A DNA stretch of 64,000 bases from NCBI RefSeq assembly GCF_006345805.1, contig NC_043000.1:126604001-126668000 (forward strand), given 5' to 3'. A model generated the notes under the pieces. It ran no database searches. It was given only the letters and a program-made list of their open reading frames with translations, and was not told the DNA's origin. A program made the translations under genes and the position numbers. Positions within the stretch are counted from its first letter, which is position 1. Each line of letters starts with the position of its first letter. This DNA comes from Octopus sinensis. Its lineage: Eukaryota. This document shows positions 25,749 through 39,739 of the stretch, piece by piece.

Positions 25749-27527
25749 CACACTGCCATTGTAGAAGCAAAATAGTCAAACAGGTATGGTATAGCACTGC
25801 CAACTTAAAGATTATTGAATTCAAATCCACTTTGAGAAATTTATTCTGTATTGGTGCAGGACATTTTTATGGTTTGCTTTACATTTAAGAATAAGAATGA
25901 GATTATCAGAGAATGTTACCCCATATCAGACCCACACCAGTCAAGGTAGTGAGGTGCTCCAGAGCCAAGTTGACTTGAATATTGTAACCATTTTGCTTTC
26001 AGACACCAGCTGTATGTATTTTGATTATAATTCAGTCTTCAATATTTTATTGCTTAATGTTAAGGTAGTGAGCTGGCAGAATCGTTAGCACGCTAGCCAA
26101 AATGCTTAGTGGAGTTGATAATGTAAGTACCAGTTGAGCACTTGGGTCGATGTAATTGACTTATCCCTGAACTTGCTGGCCTTGTGCCAAAATTTGAAAT
26201 CAATATTTAGTGCTTAATGTTCAGGTAGCGAGCTGGCCATAATGCTTAGCGGAATTTTGTCTGTCTTTATGTTCTGAGTTCAAATTCTGCCAAGGTCCAC
26301 TTTACCTTTCATTCTTTCGGGGTTGATAAAGTAAGTACGCTAGCCAAAACACTTAGCAGAATTTTGTCTGTCTTTATTTTTCCGAGTTCAAATTCTGCCA
26401 AGGTCTACTTTACCTTTCATCCTTTTGGAGTTGATAAAATAAGTACAAGTTCAGCACTGGGGCCAATGTAATTGACTCAACCCTGTCCTAAAAAGTTGTT
26501 GACCTTGTACCAAAAGTTGAAACAAATATTTAATGATTTATGTCTTTAGGGTATCCTTATGGTAGTGAACATCAGATGAGAATGTAACATTAGAACTACT
26601 GACCTCTTACATTGAAAAGAGAAATGATTAGAGGACGAACCTAGCATCCCATCTACTTAACACAGAACTGCAACTGAACAGCTTGCCTGGAGTTTAGAAT
26701 ACATTTACAATATATTCCTGATGAGTTCCAAGATTATTACAAACCATACTAGCACTTCCAAGATCTCGTTAACTGAGTGAACACCCCTCAAGGTAACACT
26801 TCACTTCCAGTTCCAGAGCACCCTTAGTACTTAAGTGGAAAAGAACATGTAATTAAGAAAAGAATTTACAAAAAGCATCAATATTTCAATACAAGAATAT
26901 CTATCAAAAAAAAATATTATTTTTGCTTAACATACATATATAGTGGTGAGAAACTGTATGGAGAACTGAATAGAAAAAGGTCTTCAAAGAAGCCCTCCTT
27001 TTGCAAGTGTTTTGGCCCTTAATTCTTTACATTCTAAGGGGCAGGGTCACATCATGATTTCTGAATACCTTTCTGCTGTAAATTTTGTGCCACTGTTTGG
27101 ATTTAACCTCCAACACATCCAGGGTGGTGAAGTGTCCTGAAGCTAAGCTGCTTTGAGTATTATAATCACTTGTAATAAAACACTATTTGTGTGTGTGAGT
27201 TATGGTTCAGTCTTCAACGTTTATTGCTTAAGGTTTCATGCCTTTAGGGTATCCTTAAGGTAGTAATCAAATCATCATTAAATGAGAAAGCAGCATTAGA
27301 ATGGCTGATCTCTCACGATCAGATCCAAAATGCTGCAAGCAATTTCTTCTGACAATCATCTAAGGATACAACATTTAAGAAATGAAATGCTGTAACCAAC
27401 ATCTTAAATATTTATTTTATCCAGAAATGGGGTTTTTATTTACTTGGTAGCTTCATCAAGGATATGAACTCACAAACACACTCATCATTATCAAAGTCCC
27501 TTAACTAATGCAGCCAGTCTAGATGCT

Positions 27528-27717
27528 TTCATAGTCAGCTGCCACCACTGGACTCTGTTCTCTGTCATGCAAAACAGGTTCACTGAGTTGTGACCCGTTC
27601 AGTCCTTGATGTTGTCAAAGCAGAATTTTCTCTGCCTGCCTGTCTTTCACCCTCTTCCAACTGTGTCCTGAAGAATGGTTTTGGACAGGAAGTTGTGACG
27701 GGATTCTTGACCATATG
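27528..27717 (-). mobile_element. RTE-like LINE ORF C-terminal remnant
   Basis: GQESRHNFLSKTILQDTVGRG*KTGRQRKFCFDNIKD*TG..., matching the SKTILQGTVEG.RRRGRQRK.W.DNIKEWTG pattern. Confidence 0.7.
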
Positions 27718-27719
27718 TA

Positions 27720-28127
27720 GGCGTAGGAGTTGCTGTGTGGTAAGTAGCTTGCTTACCAACCACATGGTTCCAGGTTCAGTCCCACTGCATGGTACCTTCT
27801 ACTATAGCCTCGGGCTGACCAAAGCCTTGTGAGTGGATTTGGTTGACGGAAACTGAAAGAAGCCCGTCGTATATATGTATATATATATATATATGTGTAT
27901 GTGTGTGTGTATATGTTTGTGTCTGTGTTTGTCCCCCCCAACATCGCTTGACAACCGATGGTGGTGTGCTTACGTCCCCATAACTTAGCAGTTCGGCAAA
28001 AAGAGACTGATAGAATAAGTACTAGGCTTGCAAAGAATAAGTCCTGGGGTCGATTTGCTCGACTAAAGGCGGTGCTCCAGCATGGCCACAATCAAATGAC
28101 TGAAACAAGTAAAGAGAGTAAAGAGAG
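27720..28127 (+). mobile_element. SINE family A
   Basis: Near-complete match to 4944-5352. Confidence 0.9.
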
Positions 28128-28524
28128 TATACCAGACACAGTTTTGTTTTTTTCCCTCAAAAGTAGTATCTGTTAATGTAATTGTTGACTTGCTGTGAGA
28201 CAAAGTTACTCATTTTGTGCTCTGTCTGTGGGATGTGTAGCAGCCTTCTTGAAGCACCTGTGCTCAAATGCCATGTCAGCTGTTTGTTTTACATCCATTT
28301 TCCATGCTTGTATGGGTTAGATGCATATGCTGTTGAGGTATTGCTTTACAGCCAGATGCACTGTTGTTCAAATCAGTGATCTCTTATTCCACACAGCTTC
28401 AAAGGTATTAAGTGAGTAGACAAGTTATTGACAGAAGTGCCAAAAACAATTCTACTCAAGCATCATAACATTTGAAAAAACAATCATAGATGTAAACAAA
28501 CATATACCATGCATTAGATTACTT

Positions 28525-28937
28525 ATTTCTTTATTGCCCACAAGGAGCTAAACAGATGAGACAAACAAAAACAGACAAAGGGATTAAGTCGATTACATTG
28601 ATCCCAATGCGTAACTAGTACTTTATTTATTGACCCTGAAAGGATGAAAGGCAAAGTCGACCTCAGCGGAATTTGAAATCAGAATGTAATGGCAGATGAA
28701 ATACCTATTTCTTTACTACCCACAAGGGGCTAAACACAGAAGGGACAAACAAGGACAGACAAATGGATCAAGTCGATTATATCGACCCCAGAGCGTAACT
28801 GGTACTTATTTAATTGAACCCGAAAGGATGAAAGGCAAAGTCGACCTCGGCAGAATATGAACTCAGAACGTAGCGGCAGACAAAATACCGCTAAGCATTT
28901 TGCCCGGCATGCTAATGTTTCTGCCAGCTCGCCGCCT
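28525..28937 (-). mobile_element. SINE family C (Nin/Deu-domain-like), two nested or tandem copies
   Basis: GGCGGCGAGCTGGCAGAAAC head and GTCGACTTTGCCTTTCATCCTTTCGGG..AAGTACCAG core. Other copies at 2460-2680, 20352-20755, 26062-26530, 35210-35422(-), 44045-44245(-), 45100-46900, 55260-56045. Confidence 0.85.
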
Positions 28938-29719
28938 TTCATTAAATTAGATTACCGCTATGCATTAGATTACTGCCTCATTTACACACCTGCACGCACG
29001 CACGCACACACACACACACACACACACACTCTCTCTCTCTTCTGACACAAAAATTACCCAAGTAAGTTGCTTGCCTAAAAGCTTCATCTGTTTTTAAATC
29101 TTGAAATGGATGTTTCATATTAAACCAATTACACCATTGACAAATGTGCTTGTGACACTCTCTACTTCGGCTATCCGGATTCATTTGTGTCCTACATTGT
29201 GTACATAAATGTCCTTGCTGTAAAGTTCAAACATTTGTATACATTTCTAAACAACACACATTTTTATGATGACAATATCACTCTCCACTCCACCTTAGCT
29301 ATTCACACGGCTGTAATCCACATGCACTCAGTTTCCAGCCAGACAGTCTGCCTACGTGATACAACCATAAAAAACCCAAAAAAACTTCCTCAATAGCAGT
29401 CATTTTCAGTAGAGAGACTTGTACCACACCAACCACATATGTAACAACAGCAGCAACAAAAATACCAACACCAGCACCAATAACAACAGCAACAACAACA
29501 AAACTAAAGCTCTCAAAATCACTACAAAAATACTAGGTCTCAATCTTTGTTCTCTCTCTCTCATAGTGACATAACTATAACCTTGCCAAAATTACTTCAG
29601 GAAAACTAGGCTTTCTAATCAAATTGCTTGCTCTCTGTAAAGCTCAAGTGTGACTCACACGGGAGCACTGCTCACATATCTGAGATAATGCTATTGTTAC
29701 ACATGAATAGCTTTTTTTT

Positions 29720-29918
29720 TCTTTTATTTGTTTCAATCATTTGATTGCGGCCATGCTGGAGCACCACCTTTTAGTCGAGCAAATCGCCCCCAGGACATAT
29801 TCTTTGTAAGCCTAGTACTTATTCTATCAGTCTCTTTTGCCGAACTGCTAAGTTACAGGGACATAAACACACCAGCACCGGTTGTCAATCGATGTTGGGG
29901 TAACAAACAGATACACAA

Positions 29919-29949
<31 letters not shown>

Positions 29950-30107
29950 CATATACACGACAGGCTTCTTTCAGTTTCCATCTACCAAATCCACTCACAA
30001 GGCTTTGGTCGGCCCGAGGCTAAAGTAGAAGACAAGGTGCCACGCAGTGGGACTGAACCCTGAACTATGTGATTGGTAAGCAAGCTACTTACCACACAGC
30101 CACTCCT
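29720..30107 (-). mobile_element. SINE family A
   Basis: Reverse complement of the 4944-5352 family. Confidence 0.9.
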
Positions 30108-32007
30108 TGGACATAATCTAAAAAAAAACATTTAAAAAATAATAATAATAAAAATACAGTGACTGATTCCTGGTGATCCAATTGTCAATATGCTGCAGTC
30201 ATTCCTTCACAGACATGCTGCCGTTTCTCTATGCATCATTTATCACAATAGCTTCTGTTCCTCTGAAATACCTAGCTACACTCACAACCTCCATTCCATC
30301 CACCACAAACTATACAAGTGTATCATGTCCCAGGTTTTGCAGTAAACACTTTATACAAGACTGGGACCTTCTGGTAGACACTCATCTAACCATGATTTTT
30401 ATTGCAGATATCAACCCTCAGATATTCAGGACAGGCACTGATCTCTTCAATCAAAGAGGACCCGCAAATATCACGAACAAAACTACTGTCTTATCAATAG
30501 AAAAAACACATGCACAAGCATGCACACATGCATGCACACACACATACACACATGTGCACACACACACAACAAAACACTTCCAATGAGTTGGCCTAATGAC
30601 CTTTGAGCTGGTTTCAAATACCACAATCACTCCGTTTCTAATTGGTTGAGATCTTTCACTTGCAATATATATTTCACATTCTGTTGCACACATGCATGCA
30701 TGCACACACATGCACACAAATTGTGTTGAAAGAGTGACTGGAAGCTAACACTAATAAAACTCTCTCGCTAATAAAACACTTTCTGTTTGCCATGAGGAAG
30801 TCAATTCAATTCTAACTAAAAGAAAGGCATGTTGGTATTGTTATTGTTATTGATGAGCAATCAATCAGCACACACACACACACACTTCTGATTGAACAGC
30901 TGCAGTGTGAAAATGAGGTACCTGAACAAACTTTAAGATACAGCCCAGGGGTGTTGCACTTTAATTACATCAAAACCTGTTTCACCTGTTTATTCTAGGA
31001 ACATACTGAACTGACCAACCAAAGCAGGATCGACAAAGAGAATATTGTGCTTTGAGAAACAGGAATTGCTGGTGTTGTCAGTAATGAGGAGATGCAAAGT
31101 AATCGGTGCAGCAAGCTGTATACAATTTGAAACAGAATGCAGCTCAGTGCAATATGCTGTTGATGGTGCAGCAGATGTAACAATGATAGATGAGGGAAAA
31201 AAAAAATAAGTATCCATATATTGGTTGCTCATCAGCTAGAGGTTGTCAGTAAAAAATGGCTTAATTTAATTAGATAGGGTCTTTTTTGTTTTTTGCTCTC
31301 TTTTATTGCTTTCTTTTTTTTTTTGTTCGGGACTTGGAGTAAGATATTAGCTGGTGAGATATCATTAAATAAGTTACACAATATCATGCATTTCACCAAG
31401 TTCAACTTATAATAGTGCTGATATGCTATATAATCTTTGTGCCATTCCAATTTTAAGTACGTCCTGCCAAAGTTAGATCGGAACTGACCAAGAGTAGAAT
31501 TGGCTACATAACAACATGGTATAAAAATAAGAAAAACCAATTTAGAAACTTTCTTAATAAAACCAGTATCATATTACATGTAAAATAAAACGAGAAAAAA
31601 AAACATAACAAGGAGAAAGTAATAATGAGTACAAAACCATTTGTGCACCGAGTAGATGTCGAAAGTGTTACAATATATCAAAAATAGCTGATGGTTGCTC
31701 TAACTTGAATGTTTGCCTAAAAAGTAACCCCAAAATGGAAAACATACACATACTTCGTTAAGCAGGAGAGGAAGAATAGATACACACATATAAATAAACA
31801 TAGACACACATGTATGTACACACAAACACATACACATACATGTACAAGCATTTTTAGTTTCTCTATCTCTTTTTCTTTCTTTCAAACACCTTAAAAATCA
31901 GGTTTTAATTGTAGAAGTTTAGCTCTAATGGCACTCACTACGTTTTGTACATATGTGTATGCACACACATACAGATCAATGTATGTGACATTTTATATAT
32001 ATATATA

Positions 32008-32396
32008 GGCGCAGGAGTGGCTGTGTGGTAAGTAGCTTGCTTACCAAACACATGGTCCCGGGTTCAGTCCCACTGTGTGGCACCTTGGGCAAGTGTCTTC
32101 TACTATAGCCTCGGGCTGACCAAAGCCTTGTGAGTGGATTTGGTAGACGAAAACTGGAAGAAGCCCATCGTATATGTATATATACATGTATGTATATATA
32201 TATGTTTGTGTTTGTCCCCACAAACATCACTTGACAACCGATGCTGGTGTGTTTACGTCCCCATAACTTAGCGGTTTGGCAAAAGAGACCGATAGGCTTA
32301 CAAAGAATAAGCTCTGGGGTCAATTTGCTCAACTATAAAGGCGGTGCTCCAGCATGGCCGCAGTCAAATGACTGAAACAAGTAAAAGAGTAAAGAG
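32008..32396 (+). mobile_element. SINE family A
   Basis: Full-length copy between (TA)n tracts. Confidence 0.9.
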
Positions 32397-32435
32397 TATA
32401 TATGAAACATATATACACACATATATCCTTACATA

Positions 32436-32511
<76 letters not shown>

Positions 32512-33007
32512 CACTTATACACACTCATACATACATACATACAACTCTTTAAATAGTTTCAGCTTGAAAGCTGCGGTCATGCTGGCACACACCCACACAC
32601 ACACACAAACCCACACACACACACACACAACATACTTTGCCAATATATCAGCAAATTCTTTTCATAGGAAAACATATGTGTCATAGAATGAAACGCGTTC
32701 TGGTTTGACTAGTTTTAGGGCTCAGAAAATAAATACAAAATAAAACAGGTTTTACTGCTATTCCACGTAACTATACACTACAAAGGTTTATAATAAGTCT
32801 AAACAACTTCAAACTGGAAACAAACAAGAAATATTTTTCTTTTGTTCACCATGGGCTAATATTTGAATTAGTTTGGTTAGCTTAGTTAAGTTGTTGGACA
32901 ACTGACTAACTCAGCCAGGAGTTGAAACCCAACAGCTACAGCCTGTATATTATGACTTTCTCAATAAAATTACTACATATTTGCTTGTTTGTTTATTACC
33001 CACGTAT

Positions 33008-33246
33008 AAGGCAGTGAGCTGGCAGAAACATTAGCACGCCGGGCGAAATGCTTAGCGTTAAGTTTGTCTGCCTTTACATTCTGAGTTCAAATTCCGCCGA
33101 GGTCAACTTTGCCTTTCATCCTTTCGGGGTCGATTAAACAAGTACCAGTTATGTACTGGGGTCAATATAATCGACTTAATCCATTTGTCTGTCCTTGTTT
33201 GTCCTCTCTGTGTTTAGCCCCTTGTGGGTAGTAAAGAAATAGGTAT
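33008..33246 (+). mobile_element. SINE family C, long-tail subtype
   Basis: Head, Nin-like core and tail TTTGTCCTCTCTGTGTTTAGCCCCTTGTGGGTAGTAAAGAAAT; flanking repeat TATTACCCAC; similar copy at 34838-35068. Confidence 0.88.
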
Positions 33247-33950
33247 TACCCACATATCCTGCTGAGGTACTGTTTTACAGCTTGATACTCTTCTTGGTGC
33301 AAACCTTTACCTGTTATTCAAGCAAAGGATCTCCTATTGTACACACCTTCAAAGGCATATGAGCCTGCTTCACTTAGTCTGCCTGACTGATCAACATAAG
33401 CCACTCCCATTTCATGAATATGTAGATTAGCTGTAGGAAGAGTGCCTGGCTTACATGAATAACAGCTACAACATCACATAAATGGTTAACATTTGCTGAA
33501 CCCCCCCACCCCAATCATGGTTGTATAACAAACAAGGATGTAAAATCAGTAAAAATAAAATGAAATAAACCTGAACAAACAATACAGTCCAAATGTGTAT
33601 GCGCATATGTGGATATATATAAACATACATACATAAATACACACACACACACACACATATATATAATGTTTTATATTGCCTCTGGTATGAAAACTACTAA
33701 ATGTAATCATTATAACATGGCTTCTGGCATAAAGACTAACACAGAAAAGTAATCACCATATTATTGAAATATAAAAATATAAGAATAAAAATATAATAAA
33801 TACTATTAAAGATAAAATATAAAAAAAAAGTAATTGCTTCTTTTAGTGCATGTATTGTTTAAGATTTATTTGGATTTCACTTAAGCATGCTCACATATAC
33901 ACAATCACTGGTCTACTTTTCATTGTACTTGCATTGAACTGGAAAACCTA

Positions 33951-34013
<63 letters not shown>

Positions 34014-34037
34014 TACACACAAAATCACACACATATG

Positions 34038-34085
<48 letters not shown>

Positions 34086-34393
34086 TACATACACACACAA
34101 AGTCACACATATGCATACATATAACATATATAAATATATATTATACATACAAACACACATACATACATATATAATTTGCAGACACAGACACAGAAACATG
34201 ATTTAATGTGTGCCTCTCCCAAAGGAATTTTAATTAGGAGATGAAAGGAATACAGTTAATAAGCAGTAAATTGTTACAACACTTCAGTTCCTATCCTAGC
34301 GTCTATCAGTGACAATGCACAGAAATATGAAACCTCCTGTACAAACTAATTGTTCTTATTCCCTTTATAACATCATGCTGATTGCATCCATCC

Positions 34394-34427
<34 letters not shown>

Positions 34428-35489
34428 TAGAGGGGAGGTTCTTAATTAAGTTTAATACCCTACAGTCATAGAGTAGAAAAACAATGGAGAGTAGTGAAGT
34501 TGTGACATTCATGTTCATCAAGGGTATCTGAAAAGTTAAGCAGAATAGTTTAAACTGAAAATGAAAACCATATTATAAAGACAATTAGCTACCTACATTA
34601 TTCTTTTATTCATTTACTAATTTTAGTCATTTGACTGCAGCCATGCTTCAAAGGATTTCATTCAATTACATTGGTCACACTACTTATTTTGGTACTCATT
34701 TTAATGATATTTAAGGTGACATGCTTGTTGAACTGTAACACGAGACTTAGCAATATTTTGCCCATCTTTGCCGTTTGTCCTTTCAGGGTCAATAAAATAA
34801 GTTACCAGTTGAGCACTGGGGTTGATAGAATTGAGTTGTGAGCTGGCAGAAACATTAGCACGCTGGGCGAAACGCTTAGCTGTATTTCATCTGCTGTTAC
34901 GTTTTGAGTTCAAATTCCACCGAGGTCGACTTTGCCTTTCATCCTTTCGGGGTCGATAAATTAAGTACCAGTTATGCACTGGGGTCGATGTAATCAACTT
35001 AATCCCTTTGTCTGTCCTTGTTTGTCCCCCTCTATGTTTAGCCCCTTGTGGGCAATAAAAAATAAGAATTGACTTGCTTCCCCTCTCCAAGGTTGCTGGC
35101 CTTGTGCTAACGTTTGAAACCATTTTTATGACATTTATTTATTGATCCACCCATGTTTACTTGAGTTACACCCCTCTCAATAATTAACTCCTCTTTAAGA
35201 AATTAAATATTCTTTTCTATTCTAGGCACAAGGCAGAAATTTTGAGGGAGGGGGACTGTCGATTAGATCAACCCAGTATGCAACTGGTACTTAATTTATT
35301 GACCCCCAAAAGGATGAAAGGCAGAGTCTATCTCAGCAGAATTTGAACTCAGAATGTACAGACAGATGAAATACCGCTAAGCATTTTGCCTGGCATGCTA
35401 ACATTCTGCCAGCTCCCTGCCTTTAAGAACTTAAATATTGCTTAATGTTTACACCAGTTTACACCCAAGCACACACACACACACACACA

Positions 35490-35542
<53 letters not shown>

Positions 35543-35727
35543 TTTCTGCATTTCCCTTTTCCTAATGATATTCTCAAGGAATAGATCAACCTGTTGTTGC
35601 TAGTAGTCACATGCCCAAGGTGTTGCTTAGAGGGATCAAATTGGGAACCCTAAGTTTGTGAAGTGAACTTCTTAACCATAAGCAGCTGTGTGGTAAGAAG
35701 TTTGCTTCCCTGTGTGGTAAGAAGTTT

Positions 35728-36185
35728 AAAAACAAAAAGGCTGGAGGGAAGGGGTTCTATCCTGCACTGAGGACCCAGATTGGCCTACGCAGGTGGCTGC
35801 GGAGGTTGTATGGGAAACTGACTTGTGCAGGGTAATGAACTCCTTCCCCGGGGAAACATTTAAGTTTATGTTGAAGTGGCCCGACTTGGCACCGGCAAGG
35901 TGCCTAGTCAGGCATGAAAGTTCCTAGTTTGGAAAAAAAGGTAAGAGGCTTAGAACCTCATTGTAAGGACCTTGAGTCCAAACGAAATATAGGTAAGAGG
36001 TTTATTGCCTCAAATTGTAAGTTCACAAAAGAACAATATTTTAGAGAAGCAAAGATCGACAGGTGTCTTTTGCCTTCTCTCATTAATATCATCTGGTTCA
36101 TCATTCATCTCATCTCATTAATGTCTTTGTCCAGCCCTTAGCTTCTCCATCTGTGTACGGCTTTCATAGCCAATTTCATGAAATA
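35728..36185 (+). mobile_element. Non-LTR retroelement 3' fragment inserted in a SINE head
   Basis: Flanked by AAGAAGTTT direct repeats (35719-35727, 36186-36194); ends with AATAAA; the host SINE sequence resumes after it. Confidence 0.5.
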
Positions 36186-36417
36186 AAGAAGTTTGCTTTC
36201 CAGCCACATAATTCCAGGTTCAGTATTGTACTATATGACACCAGCAAGTGTCTTCTGCTATAGCCCCAACCTAACCAAAGACAGAAACTAACAGAAGTCA
36301 GTCATGTATACATTATATATAGTAGAAGACACTTGCCCAAGGTGCCATGCAGTGGGACTGAACTCGGAACCATGTGGTTGGTAAGCAAGCTACTTACCAC
36401 ACAGCTTCTCCTGCACC

Positions 36418-36462
<45 letters not shown>

Positions 36463-36950
36463 ATGTATATATGTATGTATGTATATATGTATGTGTGTGT
36501 ATGTGTGCGTGTATGTATTAATTGGAATATATTTGTAAACAACACCTTATCATATTTATCATATACTGTTTAACACAGCTTATATACAAATTGTTAGTTG
36601 TTAATTAGAAAAATACAAAGAACTGCAGTAAAAGTATCAAACCTGAGAAAATGAAAATGAAAGTACTACATAACAAAAGCACTAAATCTCATTGTCATCT
36701 GAGAAGTGACTTAGTACAATTTGTGAAGAAAGTGATGGAAACTAGATATCATTATCATTTAATGCCCACTTTTCCATGATTGCATGGGTCAGATGGAATT
36801 TGAGGCAGCTTTTCTACAGTTGGATGCCCTTCCTGTCACCAACCTTCACCTGTTTTCAAGCAAGGTAATATTTTCCTATAGTTAGACATATCTTTCATAG
36901 AAGACTGACGATGAAGCTCATTTACAACCATCACATGATAATTAGACAAG

Positions 36951-36986
<36 letters not shown>

Positions 36987-38999
36987 GGGCTTCTTTCAGT
37001 TCATCATTTGACGATTTGACTGAGGTCTGACAAACCAGATGGCTGCACCAGACTCCAATCTGATCTAGCAGAGTTTCTACAGCTGGATGCCCTTCCTAAC
37101 GCCAACCACTCTGAGAGTGTAGCAGGTACTTTTACGTGCAACCAGCACTAGGGCTAGCTAGGCAGTACTGGCAGTGGCCACGCTTAAATGGTGCTTTTTA
37201 TGTGCCACCTGCACAGGAGCCAGTCCAGCGGTACTGGCAACGACGTTGCTTGAATGTTTTTTTCATGTGCCACCAGCACAAGTGCCAGCAAGGTGACGCA
37301 GGTAACGATCACACTCGGATAGTACCTTTTACATGTTCACAAGGACTTGGTCAGCCTGGGGCTATAACAGAAGACACTTGCCTAAGGTGCCACACAGAGG
37401 AACTGAACCCAAGACTACATAGTTGGGAAGCAAACTTCTTAACCACACAGCTGTGCCTGTGTAATAAACAGTGTTTAGGCAATGGCTACCATTATACAGT
37501 ACAGTGTGATATCTGACTGGCTGATAAATAACCTGGATTTAAAAGTGTTAGAAGCACCCGAGTAGTTATCAATACAGAATAGTTATCACTGCCCAATATT
37601 GAGTAGTGATCAATACAACCATCATGAACTGAAGTTTATCAACTGTTCAAATGGCTTGAAAGATATTTGTTGCTGTTTAGCTCTGATTGGTTCTGTTCGA
37701 TGAAACCCAAGATTCAAAGGCATACTAGCTATGATGATCTTTTCGGCTATTCATACTGTATATTTATATATAGCATTACCATTATCCAAAATGTCCTGTT
37801 TTATAAATGGTACAATGTAATTTCAGAAAGATTTGACTGCTATCTCTAGCAGGTCAGGCAACTACATAGTGATCATCCTTATTGATGTTTTTATCAAACT
37901 GAACCAATTGAGGTTGAAAGTGTGGATAGCGTAAGTAAGGTATTCAGAGTGATAAATGGATCGAAGATGTTGAAAGGGCTGTTAGCATTTTTCAACAACA
38001 AAAGGTATCTCTGTCTTGCACAAAAGGGATATTATTGTTTGGTGTAAGAAGCACGATGCTGAATGCTGGTAAAAATATAAGCCTTGAATGTAGAAGAGTT
38101 AAAGAGAAATTATTTGTGTGATATTCTATTGTATGTGAAACCTTAACACGAAAGGTAAAGCAGAGGAAAAGAGAAAGGAGCTGAACATTAAAAGAACAGG
38201 CTAATGTATGCAGGAGTGATGTTGGCTGCACTGCAATGGACATATGATATGAATGGATGATAAATATTCAGTGAAACAGTGTCATATGATGGCAGCACCA
38301 AAACAAAGAGGGAGAGTGAAAGTGAAAGACATAAAAATTCAAATATACAAATTTGTTGAATTCAACATATGTTAGCATTAAAAATAAGAAAAAGAAAAAG
38401 AAAGCACATAGAATATAAAAATTCTAATTATATCCATTGAACAGATAACTTCAAATGGAAGTGTGTTTAGAATGCCAGTCAACTAGCTAAAATATTTATA
38501 GTTTGTGTACTCAGTGTTACATTATGTCACAGACAAAAACACTTAACTCTCAATAGTACAGCCCATCAAGCTGTAAATAAACATGATGCGGAGATACAGT
38601 TCATTGCTGCAAACAAGGATGCCGTATATTAAACAAATGTGTCATTGCTTGATATGAATGGATGATAACTGTTTGCTACAAAAAGTGCCTGTGAGCTGAG
38701 AAGACAGCTAAGATAATAAGGTGAGTACAAACAACCAAAGTGTTAGGGGGTTCACAATCTGCCATCAGTCTGCACTGCATCTATAGTTAAAACATTTAAC
38801 TTACAATATAAACAATCTAAAGTAGGTAACATAGGATATAACAGCACATCACAACAGCAGCACTATAAAATTGATGAATGTTTTATTAATTCACAGAACT
38901 AAGAGCAAGTCTTCTTCATTCAGGTGAGGTTGATGCCAAAGGAGCTAATAACATATTCTTATTTTTACTTTCTATCTCCTTTATTCGAGAGTGGCTTAA

Positions 39000-39219
39000 C
39001 CCTTTCGTTACCAACCTGGCTGAAACCGGCTCTGGCTCTGAGTAGAAATGTCTTGTTTTCATAAGTTTGGAATTAAAATCTTCCACCAAACCTTAGTCAC
39101 AATTTATGTTCCTAACACTAGCTTAATGATAACTAAGTTATTTTACTAAATTCTTTGTTATATTTAAAATAATTGAAAGAAACACAGAGCATCTCAAAAT
39201 AAATACAGTAACAAAAGGG
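39000..39219 (+). mobile_element. piggyBac-type MITE (220 bp)
   Basis: TTAA|CCCTTTCGTTAC...GTAACAAAAGGG|TTAA. Confidence 0.9.
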
Positions 39220-39739
39220 TTAACAGTGAATGAAGAAACTGTTGAAATGGAGATGAGTATAACAAAACTCCCTGTAAGGCATATTGTATATGATTAAAGT
39301 TGCTGCTGTTTAGCTCATACATCCCTGCTTTTCCAATAGACTTATGATCAACAGTCTTCCAGTCATTATTATATCAACCTTTTTTTGTATATCAAGAATA
39401 CATTTCTCTAGGTGTCATTCCTTTTTTTAAGATAAGGGAGATTTGATTGCTACTTCTAGCAGATTTGAGAATTGAAGCTTCCTGCAATGATTAAAACAGA
39501 AGGGAAGAATGTTCCCAACAAACTAGAAGATTGCAATTTCATATTATTCCCAACTACTTAAGACATCTTATATTTAATGTCTCATTGATGAAGCCAAGAT
39601 TTACTCATTCCCTCAAACACTATGACAGGGCCAGGAGCCACAATCTAAAGATGAAAATGGTACTAAAGGATATTCTAAATGACCAGTAAATTAAAATCAC
39701 TTCACGCTTAGGCAATTCATTTCAAACTTAGTTGTTTTA

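Noticed and set aside
23506-25830. Long Tyr/Ile/Met/Cys/His-rich ORFs (also at 19244-19629, 42492-43537, 54066-54773)
   Set aside because: Translations of TA/CA microsatellites, which rarely contain stop codons.
26715-26760. CTGATGA motif
   Set aside because: No stem II/GAAA partner; chance match.
26540-27320. Diverged direct repeat CTTTAGGGTATCCTTA.GGTAGT about 700 bp apart as possible LTRs
   Set aside because: No TG..CA ends, PBS, PPT or coding remnants.
30173-30586. 137-aa ORF as a possible nested gene
   Set aside because: No recognisable domain or splice structure; runs into a CA repeat.
32685-32710. GAAACGCGTT, a Penelope HHR-like stem III
   Set aside because: No upstream core or stem I.
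38246-38668. 18-bp direct repeat GATATGAATGGATGATAA, possible C/D snoRNA boxes
   Set aside because: Antisense to the host gene, with no convincing terminal stems or guide sequence.
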